The notes beneath the pieces are model-generated. The model had not been told where the DNA came from and did not search any database. It saw only the letters and a list, made by a program, of their open reading frames with translations. DNA of 64,000 nt from Selaginella moellendorffii (lineage: Eukaryota > Plantae > Lycopodiophyta), in contig NW_003314264.1 in NCBI RefSeq assembly GCF_000143415.4, forward strand, positions 2,985,710 through 3,049,709, in the 5' to 3' direction. The position numbers and the translations under genes are program-made. Positions 50,082-60,885 of the stretch are shown here, one piece after another. How positions within the stretch are numbered: position 1 is the stretch's first letter; the number at the start of each line of letters is the position of its first letter.

Positions 50082-53000
50082 ATTTGGTATCGGAGCTGTT
50101 CCTTAGTCCGACTTTTATTGGTGCTCAAGTATATCACCACTAGGGTTGGCATCGGAAGGTCCGAGGAGTGGGCCTATCCTTGAGGAGTAGCAAGTCAGGA
50201 AGACATGGCTCTCCATTACAGTTCATGTGTGAACTTGTAGACGAGGTGGTGGATAGAAAAGGGCCAATAATGGAACGACTTTGGGATCTTGGGAACAGTG
50301 CAAGGTTTTCCTCATTGAGTTGAGGATGTGATCCGGATGAGCATTTGTCTCAGCAAATTGGCTAAAGTTGTTGTGGTAAACAACTAAATTTGGGATCACG
50401 GGAAAGATAGAGACTCCAAAACAATAAAGGAGTCACAAGATTATCCTCATATAGTTGAGGTTGGTGCTCATGAATGTGAGACCAGAGGTAATGACCGTGG
50501 GAGGTCAAATACGGAAGAGGACTCAAGTCCTTGAAATGGTAGCCGAGGCTACCTTTAATAAATGCTGGAACAACCCAAGGAGTTGGGGGTTGTACTTAGA
50601 GATGAGTGGTATTCTCATCGCATGGACAAGTAGTCCTAAGGGGCAAAAGTTGCCCCCAGAGAACAAAATCAAGTGTCGGAGTAACACTTGTGAAAATAGT
50701 CCTTTTGAGTAGGAAAGGAATGCAAGAAGTGTATTCTAGTGAGCTAGTGCCTCACAAGTAGAACCTTACGGGTCTGTGGATTAACCAAGTCCAAAACTGC
50801 TGGATGACTCAAGTAGAGTCAACGGATGGTCCTAAAAGGACTGATGGAAGCATTTGGACTGAGGTGTGTTGTACCCCACAAAGGATGGGGGGGGATCATA
50901 GGATCCAAGGATGAGAACAGAGGGTATCTCATCGAGGGCAAAATGTGCCATGCTAAAGTTATGGGAAAGGTGTTCCCAGAAGAAAACAACTTCGACATAA
51001 AGTTGTGTGTGACCTCTATGGTGCAGTGCTAACGGATGGTTGGCATGAGAAAGAGCGGTGTTGGTCTTGGCAAAGACTTAGACACGAAGGGGAAGTGTCA
51101 TAGAGGTAGGCTCGTGGAGCCGATGGTGTGGAGACACCAAATGTGCCAAGGTGTGATACCTTGAGGCTATGTTGGTGGGTTCATGAGAACCCCTTGCCAA
51201 AGGAATCCCAATGGAAATGGGAATAGCATAGCCTAAGCTGCAGAGCATGCAGTTGGAGTGTGGTGACCCAGATAATGATGGAGGTGTGAAAGCACCAAGC
51301 AATGAGTTGTAGGACTTGACAACTATGAGGCAACTAAGCAAGAGGTGCAAAATAACTGGTTAAACGGGTAGAAGGTATCTACCCAAGACTTCTTAATAGC
51401 ATAGGGAAGTTGGATATACCCTTACGGGGGATAAGTTGCTTATGTTGCGATATAGTAAGTCAATGTCATAAAAGGAAATACTCATTGTCAAGAAAGCCAT
51501 CATTAGGACACCCGAACACTCTAGAACACCAGAAGGTGGTGTTTGATGTCGCGAGGGCAATGGATAAAGCCCAAGGGACTAAGTCCCTAGCGAATGATGG
51601 ATAGAAGGTGCTATCCAAATGTCCAAGGTTGCGGAGACAGGAGAGAACTGTTTACCCGAGTTGGACAAAGCCAAAAATGGAATTTTGGCAAGGATAGTGA
51701 TGGGCATGTAAAGGCCCATAAACAACAATGTAATCCCAGTGTGTGGGATTATAAGGTGAGCATACCCGGATTGAGGAACCACTCCCTAGGCTATTGGGTA
51801 GGTTCATCCCTAAGAATACTTGCTAAAGCATGATAGAAAGTGCAAAGCTATCCTCCTGGTCTGGAGGAGAATGACCAAAGGAAAGGTGTGAAGCCAAAAA
51901 GCAAGAAGTAAGGGGATAGAACTGAACCATAGAAATCGAAGGGCATAACCAAGGTTAGTTATGCCAGCTGGGAGTGGAGAATCAAGTGGGGGCTCGAGGG
52001 TGTTGCCGCTAGCAACCGTGATGCCATGGAGAGTCTAAAATATGGAATTGTCCATGTTAGACTATGTGGCAATTGGAAAGCTTGCAAAAAGGGAGGCCTT
52101 AGCAAGCTAAGGGATAGAGTTCCTTCAAGGTTCCCAAAGACGATTCTAGGTAGCTTAGTACTTAGAAAGGCCAAGTGTAAATGGTTCATAGAACGCGCGA
52201 AATCAGAGTGGCGCAGCAGAAGCGTGGTCTTGAAGCTTGCCATGAGGCAAGGCTGTCAAGGTTAGGGAAGTAGTTCCTGAGTGTTCAAAGAGAGGGCTTT
52301 GAACGAAAGTTGATGGTTAAGGACTTCCACGATTATGCATGAACCATGTTACGGTGGCCGGATGACTTGCTAAGTGAGATTGGCAAGTTGGGGGGAACAA
52401 ATACCCTAGTTGAAGGTGCTAACTTCAAAAAAGGTGGCCCATGGGGCCAAGCATGGAGGAGCCCATGCATAATCACAGATATGTCAAGTGAGAGGACTTG
52501 GCAGTGTGGGGGAACTAGGTTCCTAAGCTGTGATCTGTAGCGCACTTTAAAAATAAGTTGGTGCACCAGCGTAGGGAGTCACGCCAGGCATCTTGTGTGA
52601 TGCCGTCCGTAGATGCATATACGAAGGTTGGGTTCGAGTCCCGACCCTCTAGTGCTTGGGTTTGAGTCCCAAATCACTAGGGCGTGGTGATGGTTTGGAA
52701 TATGAGGACACTCATATTTCGGTGGTCATGGACTCTCAATGGGGAGACTGGTTTGGGCACACCGCCAAGCGAGGGATGCCTCGGAGTCGTGATGCACGGT
52801 TAGATTGCTTAGTGTGAAAGCTCAGCATATCTAACTTGAACGCTTTGGTGCAAGTGGCACCAAGGTCGTGGTGAGTGAGATGGGGACACCTAATCTCAGT
52901 TGCTATGAACCCTTGGCCGTAAGGGCTGGCTTGGGTGCACCACCAAGTGTGGGGGATGCCCCCGGGGTTATAGTCAACAACTTGGAGGTCTAGAAGACCA

Positions 53001-54181
53001 AGTACCTCTTGGCAACTCTGTTAAGGTGCCAAGGTGAGATCACTAGGTGATCTTATGGCCAGATAAAGACAAGATCCTTGGTTGGCTAAGGAATGAAGTT
53101 CCTGGTTCAAAATGTTGAAATTGAACTGTTTAAGGTGGTGTGGCTTGGTCGTGATGACCAAGTGGGAAGAGCACCTAAGGGAAATAAACTATGTCCGTGC
53201 GATGGCATAGTGAGTCCGAGGAAAGTAGTCTCTATAAAAGACCTATGGGAGGGTCACGAAGTTGGGCCGTGGATAGAGCCCATAGCAGAAGATGCTAAAG
53301 AGACGTACTAGGGGTGAACATCCTCCGGACTTGGCAAAGAAGAATCTTTGCTATGGAACCGAAACAATACCTCAAGGAGGGAGGTAGAGATTTGATGTTG
53401 CTTGGTGCAACAATCAACGGATAGGAGCAAAAGATGAGTGGCCAAGATAGGGCCGTGGAATCCCTTGGAAGGAATCCAAGTGACAAATTTAGGCGAGGAA
53501 CACTAATGTGTTGGACGCTAACAAGTTGCGGGAAAGGAAGTGTGTTTCCAAGGAGGGATTCCGAAATGCTCCGATTTAGCGAAAGTGGAAGCTCCAAGGG
53601 AGGGAGCGGTAAGGTAGCCAAATGATAGGGCCATGAACAGCCCTAGCACAAAGTATGATAACTGGAACTTTGGCACGAAATAGAAGAAAGGATGATGGTG
53701 CCCTCGAGTAGAGAACTTCCTAGGATGGGAAGTGGAGTTGCACAAAAGGTGCAAGGCAAGGTGTCGAAGACACCTAGGAAATTGACTCCAAGAAGTCAAA
53801 ATTCAAAGTTCCAAAGTGCAAAGGTTATATCGATGGAAATTGAGACTACTCGAGAAGGAGTAGTGGGATTAACTTAGAGAAGGGTCTCTAAGAGGTTTAG
53901 CGAGAACTAAACCAATAAAAGGAGAGAACCACTATATGTGGTCCAATCAGTCTCTAAGTTGGAGAGACTACCCTCCTTAGAGGATATGCAAAAGGCATGG
54001 TGAGCCTTCAATGTCCAACCATTGACGAATATGGAGAAGGCATGGTGAGCCTTCAATGTCACACCATTGACAAATATTGGCTACGCGCCAAGGATGGAAA
54101 TGGTAACACATGCGGGTGTTACTTTATAAAATGGTTCACCGTTCAATGAGGACATCGAACTTCGTCTATGGGTGGTGGAGT

Positions 54182-55997
54182 TGTGAGACACAAAATCCCT
54201 AGGCCCCAAAGTGGAGCCGGAAGGGCGCCACATGGTAGTGGCCAAAGCGAGAGCCAAACGAGCGTATCACATTTGGACCAAAAGCTCCGACTTGAAAAGT
54301 CAAGAGCGGGAGTGGAACTCCCAACGAAGTGCTCGAGGAACGAGCACGAAGCGAGCAAAAGGCGAGGCTCCAAAAAGGGACCCAAAAGGACTAACACATG
54401 ACACGTGGGAGTGTCCGAGATGGACCCGAGTTGGAGTCCGAAGTGGAGTCCGAGATGGACCTGAGTTAGAGTCCGAAATGGAGTCCGAGATGGACCCGAG
54501 ATGGAGTCCGAGATGGAGTCCGAAGTGGAGTCCGAGATGGACCCGAGATGGACCCGAGTTGGAGTCCGAAGTGGAGTCCGAGATGGACCCGAGATGGAGT
54601 CCGAGATGGAGTCCGAGATGGAGTCCGAAGTGGAGTCTGAGATGGACCCGAGATGGAGTCCGAGATGGAGTCCGAGATGGAGTCCGAGGTGGACCCGAGA
54701 TGGACCCGAAATGGAGTCCGAGATGGAGTCCGAGATGGACCCGAGATGGAGTCCGAGATGGAGTCCGAGATGGACCCGAGATGGACCCGAGATGGAGTCC
54801 GAGATGGAGTTCGAGATGGAGTCCAAGATGGAGTCCGAGATGGAGTCCGAAGTCGAGACCGAGACCGGGACCGAGACCGAGACCGAGACCAAGACCGAGA
54901 TCGGGACCGAGACCGAGACCGAGTCCGAGGCCGAGACCGAGGCCGAGGCCGAGACCGAGGCCGAGCCCGAGTCCGAGTCCGAATCCGAGTCCGGAGCCTA
55001 AGAGGGTGAAAGCCCAAAGCGTTCGTCTCCCAGACCCTGGGGGGTTTGGTGAGCTCCAAAAGTATAGTAGGGGGAGGACTGCAGTGGAGCCAGTTTGGCC
55101 AGGAAAGGCCAGTTTGGCCCAGGAAGGCCGGACCCAGTGTTGGGTGATGAGCTGCCCATTGGGAAGTCCAAGACTAGAGTGAACACGGACCGACAAGCGG
55201 GGTAGCTTGGTGAAGTGTTCAAGAGCCGGCTCTAGTTCCCCCGGGAGATCGACTGGCCGATGCTCCCAGTCCAAGTGTGGGTGGCATTACCTACTTGGAT
55301 ACCTGGTGTGGCTCAACGGAACCTCGCTTTAAGCCCATGGCTAGAGCACCTAAAGACGAAAGGCGGGGAGAGTACCCATGAGGCTTGCGTAAGGCCACGG
55401 TGTTTCGAAATGGTGTCCCAAAGTCCCAGACTGTGGAAAGGAAGAAGGGTAGCCCTCCGGTGTGGTGACCAAGGACACAGTCACACAGTGAGGAAGTCCT
55501 AAAGGATGGTGGGACTTAGTGGTCGGGCCGGTGGGCCTCGATCCAGTGGCAGTGTTGGCGAATACAGCCAAGGACAAAAAGGGACCTGGTGGGGACCGGA
55601 ACGGAGATATTGGGGAAGGCTATTCCCCGTGTCTGTAGGCATTCTAAGGATGTTAAGGAGTGGATCTGGGATGATCCCTCATGGACGAATGACCCAGTCT
55701 TTGAGAGACGGGATTGGAATGTAGGTGGTGTTGGACCACCAGTGTGACCAAGGTAAATGGGCATGGCCTTAGCGTAACGGGCCGATATGTCGGTGGTACC
55801 TTGGGGTGTCGATCATGGGACTGGACATGTGGAGCACTTGGACCAAGTGCTAAGGTTGAGTGGCATGGATGCCATTCTTGGGGATAGCAAGCCCCAAGTC
55901 CTGAGTTGGGCTTATGGAGGTTGTGAATGAGACTCCTCCAAGTGGTCGGAGGTGTGGTTAAGTGACTAAAGTAGAATGGAAAAATTTGTCACTTACA
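54182..55997 (+). repeat. Family A 3' LTR
   Basis: Preceded by the PPT, ends CACTTACA, followed by the TSD. Confidence 0.95.
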
Positions 55998-57251
55998 CCT
56001 AGGTCACGCACTAAAACAGGCTATGGATGTCTTGTATTTTGAGATGGAGACTCGGCCAGATGATTTTCCCAAGATGGTCCTGGAAGAACAAGCCATCCAG
56101 CCTGAGCAGCCTATGGAAGAAATGCAGGAGGGGGATGAGGAGTCAGAGAAAGATAATGAGCAGGAAGAGCAGAAGGACGAAGAGGAGGACAAAGAAGAGG
56201 AGGACGAAGAAGAGGAGGATGAAGAGGACTTGGATGGTCCTCACAATGGTGACGATCACAATAACGACGACGACGATGATGACGATGATGGCCAGCCTGA
56301 GGTGGCCAAAGAGCAGCGGAGGAAGGTCATACAAGACAAACCATCAGGTAAATAATAGTACATCCATTCCTAACCTTTTACCATTTCTAACATTGTCCAT
56401 GTAGGTCGCAGAGCAAATGGTAAGTAGAGATTATTCAGTTGAATTTACAAACTCTAGCCTTTAGTGTCGAGGAAGGATAGTGCCAAGCAAGGGTCGAAAC
56501 GTATGTCCAATCCTTCAGAATCAGCAGTGCGCCCAAGTGATATCGGTCCTAGTTCCTCAATAGCAGTTGATGGTAAATACAGTATAGTCGATTCAATGTG
56601 CTAATGAGTTTGTTTTTAGTAGCACGGGAGAATACCATCTCAATCGAAGGGAGATATTTGGACATGCATATGGATCCGCCAGTGGACTCTACTTGCCTGC
56701 AAGAGTCATCAGAGCTGGTGGAGGCTACTATCCATATCAACGCCAAGCAAGCTGACCACGCTCCACTTGATGCTGCCCATACCACTGAGTCAATCTTGTC
56801 CACGTATCCAACTGACGGTGACCAGGCGCCATTGGACCCGCATGAGGCCGCCCCAGCTGCCAAGCCGGTCGTATCCTCATTTCCAACGGACTCAACGTGT
56901 GCCCAATCGTCTGACTACGCGCCGTTGGAACCTCCCTACACCGCCCCTGCTGCCTGTTCGGTCATGTCCACTTTGCCAACGGAGGCACCAGCTGAAATGG
57001 CGTGTGATCACATGCCATCGGAACCACCCCATGCCACTGTTGAGCCAGTTGTACCAGAGTCTACAGCTGAAATGGCATGTGCCCACACGCCATCGGATGC
57101 GATTGACCCCACATTGCAGAGGAGAGTATTTCCGCCCTTCACGTTTCCTCGACCAAAACCCTCTCAACGACCATCGGGAGCACCATTCGCTAATATTGTA
57201 GATGGTAAAATTGACTTGTACCATTTTTTATGCTGACGCATTTCATTTCAG

Positions 57252-58114
57252 AGTCACGGCGAAGGTACTGTATCGTTTTTGATCTGAACGGTGTCCTTTT
57301 CTCCCATGAGCGTGGCTCGTCCTCGAATGTCACTGCACCCTCCAAAGCCTGCGGTCGCAAGTTGGTTAAAAGAGACAGATTCACATTAATCACACGGGAG
57401 AAACTGCGGGATCTAATAATGACCATGCGACACTTAAAACAGAGGGCCGGGTTCAATTTGCAATTGGGAGTTTGGACATCCATGATGCGCCACAATGCAT
57501 TAACGTTGCTACAGATGATGCACGATCAGACGCGAGTAATATTACCATTTGACTTTCTCCTAACGCAGAAGGATTGCTTGACTATGGTCCATGTGAGGGG
57601 TAGCAAGCCCATCTTCGTCAAGCCAAAGGCTGTAGTGATGAACCGGACTGCTAGGTCAAGTGAAATCCTTATCATCGATGACTCGCCGATTAAAACTGCA
57701 GCGAACACGCACACATATGCAGTGCACCCCATCTCTTGCAATATGGAAACTAGGGAGAAGAAACCGTATGTTTTGGGGGACCTTGCAAAACAGCTTGGAG
57801 CGATGGTGATAGAGAACCGGCCAGTCCAGGAGGTGGCTGCAGAAATCAACCAAATGGCAGATGGAACGGTATATCAGAAGCCATTTGATCGGACAGACAC
57901 CAGTCATCATTTATGGCATGTATATTGTCTAGCCAAGCACTATCCGCATCTCCATAATCTGCTCAACCGGATGGGTTCTTCGACCACTGAACATGAGCGT
58001 AGACGTATTAAAGAAGAGATGGCATTACTATTGGGTTTAAATCCTGATAGTGTGGAGAGTGATGAAATTCCAAGATTATTGTATAGGCGTTGGAGGCAAA
58101 AAATAACAGTCTGA
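57252..58114 (+). CDS. Last exon of the cargo gene: FCP1/NLI-interacting-factor-like HAD phosphatase domain
   Basis: CIVFDLNGVL, LGVWTSMMRHNA, FLLTQKDC, KPIFVK and ILIIDDSPIK motifs. Confidence 0.75.
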
Positions 58115-58529
58115 GATGGCATGTATTTATTTAAAAATGTAACTTATTATGCCATGGGGTTCCATGCCATTGTATTAATATTAAAAGACAATTCTTTGAG
58201 AGGATTTGCATTATACTAGAAGTGTTACAACATGTTATTGGAAGTCTACGAAGTTGTTTTATTAATAAGGGGAAAGTAAAAATTGAATGGGGACTTGGGC
58301 TCCACCTAGACTCGAAGCAACTGAGCTAATATTAAAAGGATGGAAAGAAATTGGACGACGATGACAAGGAGAAGAGAGAGGTGAAGCAGTGGCAGAGGGA
58401 GGAGAAGTGATTGAGTAGACATTTCCTTGTTTAAAATAAAATGGCATGTGCCTCAATGCAGTTGAATTTTGTTATATTTATATACTATATAAAGGTTTGG
58501 AAACCTTATTTTACAAGTGGGATAATGAC

Positions 58530-58556
58530 AATTCCCACTTTAACGAAATAGAGCTT
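58530..58556 (-). repeat. Right terminal inverted repeat (27 bp)
   Basis: Pairs with 37514-37540; followed by TSD CTTT. Confidence 0.88.
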
Positions 58557-59589
58557 CTTTATGGATTGTCTTTCAAGTCATTCCTTTTGGTTTGCTTATA
58601 TGTTCATCACAAAAAAGTATATATTATTGCTACGTCTTTATCAGGTTTCCATACAGATTAAAAGAAGTTAATCTTCAGGGGTAATCAGGAGAACTTATTG
58701 AATATAAAATGATATTAGATTGCAAAACAAGACACAGAAATAACACCATTTTGTTATCTACATTTTCTAGATATGCCCAATTAAAAAATCTAGACACTTT
58801 TCATAAATAGCAAATGGGATTAAACAAAACCAATATATGGGGCATGATAATAAGTGTCTTAATGGATACAATAAGCTATCACATAAAAAATATTAAAGGA
58901 TTAAACTCAATATTGCAAAGGTTCTCAATATTAGCAAGTGTAAGCTAATATGAGTTTTTCATCACTATAGCATATGATAATTTTTTTCCTTAATGGCCTT
59001 CTTATCTAATTGCATACATATTGACCAATTTTGGGTGGAGACTGGTAAAAAGTTTAACAATACTAACCTTCTACCGTCATAGCAATAAAAGAAGAATATT
59101 ATAGGACTTGCTAATAAATAATTTTCAATACCTTTAGTCACATTTACAATAATATAATGTAAACTTCTGAATTTGGACTTCCCGAGAAATCAGTTAACCC
59201 AGGACTATTGAAACCCAAAGATGTTTAACTCCAAATATCATAAAATCCTTAACTAATTAGAAAAAGGGGTGCACTTTTGTTTATAAACTTTTTTCATTAT
59301 ACTTTTTTGCAAGTTTATGCTCTTGTGAGTAAAAGTTAAGAGTTGTAGCTCTTTTGAAAGCCCTAACTCTCTAGAAAACCCCACTCTCTTGACACTCTAC
59401 CCCTCAGACAAATTTTATTTGCCAAATGTCAATCTCAATATGTGGTGTAATTCCTTTAACTAACAACTAGAATCAAACTTAAGACCTTTTTGATACCAAA
59501 TATAAACTCTTGAATTTAAAATTTTCTTCTCTCTATATTTAAACCTTTAGAAATTGAGTAATTTTTTTTAGTTGCTTCTATATGATTGA

Positions 59590-60400
59590 TGATGGTGTAA
59601 TTGAGGTGGATTCAAGAAGTACTGAAGTCTTAAGAAGTCTCAACCATTAGATAAAATGTTCACTCCTTTCTCAATTTGGTAGAATATTATCACAAGTTTC
59701 TTCACAATTTTGCAACTATTGCTCTTCTGTTAATTAAGTTAACAAAAAGTGGTATACAATTTTCTTGAACACTAATTTGTCAACATGTTTTTGTACAATT
59801 GAAGGAGATCTTGAATATGGTTTTTATTTTTAGGATCTTATAAACCCTTTAATGTGCATTATGATGCATTTGGCTATATTATATTGATGTTATATTACAA
59901 CAAGATTGTGACAATATAATTGATGTTACATTAAAGTAGTATGGTTGTCCTGTTGCATTTCACTCCAAGACATAGACAAACAAAGATGGCCTACACACAA
60001 GAAAGAGATGTTTGTATAGTGTCAATGTTAGAACATTGGAAACACTATTTGGAAGATTATATTAATATTTATATAGATAATAATATATTTAATTACTTTG
60101 CAACATGGCCAATTTTTTTATCAAAGTAAGCTCATTAGCAAGAGAAGCTCAATATCAAATCATCTATAAACCTAATAAACCTTGTATTGTAATAAAAGTA
60201 ATACATTCCAAGACTAGCATAACATTTCAGAATATGACATTGGACTTTGTTATTTATTTGCTAGAGTTAAATGGTTATAACACTTTGATAGTGATTGTGA
60301 ATTAATTATTAAAGGTTGCACATTTTATCCCAATTGTGTAAATAATAAATGCTAAGTAAACAATAAAGCTCCTTTTTTATAAATTGGTAAATGATTATAA
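59590..60400 (+). mobile_element. Highly degenerate Ty3/gypsy RT-RNase H-integrase remnant
   Basis: Fragments resembling LVEYYHKF..NFATIA, PFNVHYDA and YTQER...LEHWKHYL; AT-eroded with many stops. Confidence 0.5.
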
Positions 60401-60770
60401 CACTTTGATAATGCTTATGGATTAATTATCAAAGATTACACACAATATCCCAATTGTGTAAATAATGAAACCTAAATAAATGTTAAATTTTTTCTTATGA
60501 TAAAGTGGTATGGGTTTGTGAATATCCTCAATAAATAAGTTCATATAGAAATTCAAGATTTCTCTGAAAGTTTTGGGTATATTATTTAAATTTTTAGGTA
60601 CTGTGAGGGCACGGCTACGATGCCGTATATTAATATTAGCATAGTGGGATTTTGGTAGCCGTCGGATTGGTTTCAATCCGGACCACTCGCTCCTGTATAT
60701 AAGCTACGGTTTTTGGGCTAATTGATATGCACATTTCTGTATTCCTGTTCTATATTCCATGCACTCACAT

Positions 60771-60781
60771 TGGTGGAGATG
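60771..60781 (+). other. Primer binding site, tRNA-Ala-like (TGGTGGAGATG)
   Basis: 1 nt after the LTR; complementary to the ...CATCTCCACCA 3' end typical of eukaryotic tRNA-Ala. Confidence 0.65.
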
Positions 60782-60885
60782 AAGGGCACTTTTGATTGTC
60801 CTTGGGGAGTGCTTGGATTTGGGATTTCGGTTTAGATCTAGCTTTTTCCATTTCCTTTCTTTTGTTCTTTCCTTTCAGGATTTTG

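Larger units (their letters stand above)
48278..55997 (+). mobile_element. Full-length family A LTR retroelement (7.7 kb, non-coding interior, LARD-like)
   Basis: 5' LTR 48278-50081, PBS TGGTATCGGAGC 50085-50096, PPT 54170-54181, 3' LTR 54182-55997. TSD CCTAG at 48273-48277 and 55998-56002. Confidence 0.95.
45012..58114 (+). pseudogene. Transposon cargo gene, multi-exon (~1,600 aa): ParB-like, degenerate MTase-like, acidic linker and FCP1/NIF-like HAD phosphatase domains; disrupted by two stops and an LTR insertion
   Basis: Exons 45012-46190, 46245-47565, 47616-47702, 47759-47830, 47880-48023, 48071-48277+56003-56347, 56405-56419, 56465-56572, 56620-57204 and 57252-58114 join in frame through GT-AG introns of 45-57 nt. 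Stops at 46185 (TGA) and 47544 (TAG). The 5' end is uncertain. Confidence 0.75.
37739..58463. repeat. Dispersed 24-bp palindrome family AATGGCRTG-N6-CAYGCCATT (~25 copies)
   Basis: Copies start at ~37739, 38054, 38143, 38743, 38903, 39049, 40391, 40448, 42294, 42364, 42400, 43080, 43152, 44002, 44797, 44874, 44934, 46211, 47707, 47848, 48039, 56996, 57071, 58148 and 58440. Confidence 0.9.
37514..58556. mobile_element. Large Sola1-like DNA transposon (~13.3 kb native) with cargo gene, interrupted by an LTR element
   Basis: TIRs AAGCTATATTTCGTTAAAGTGGGATTT (37514-37540) and rc AAGCTCTATTTCGTTAAAGTGGGAATT (58530-58556). 4-bp TSD CTTT (37510-37513, 58557-58560). Joined flanks recreate the repeat seen uninterrupted at ~36794-36843. 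Contains a transposase. Confidence 0.88.

Noticed and set aside
37739-58463. Palindromic repeats as a CRISPR array
   Set aside because: Spacing is irregular (from a dozen bp to kilobases), copies are degenerate, there are no cas genes, and the context is eukaryotic.
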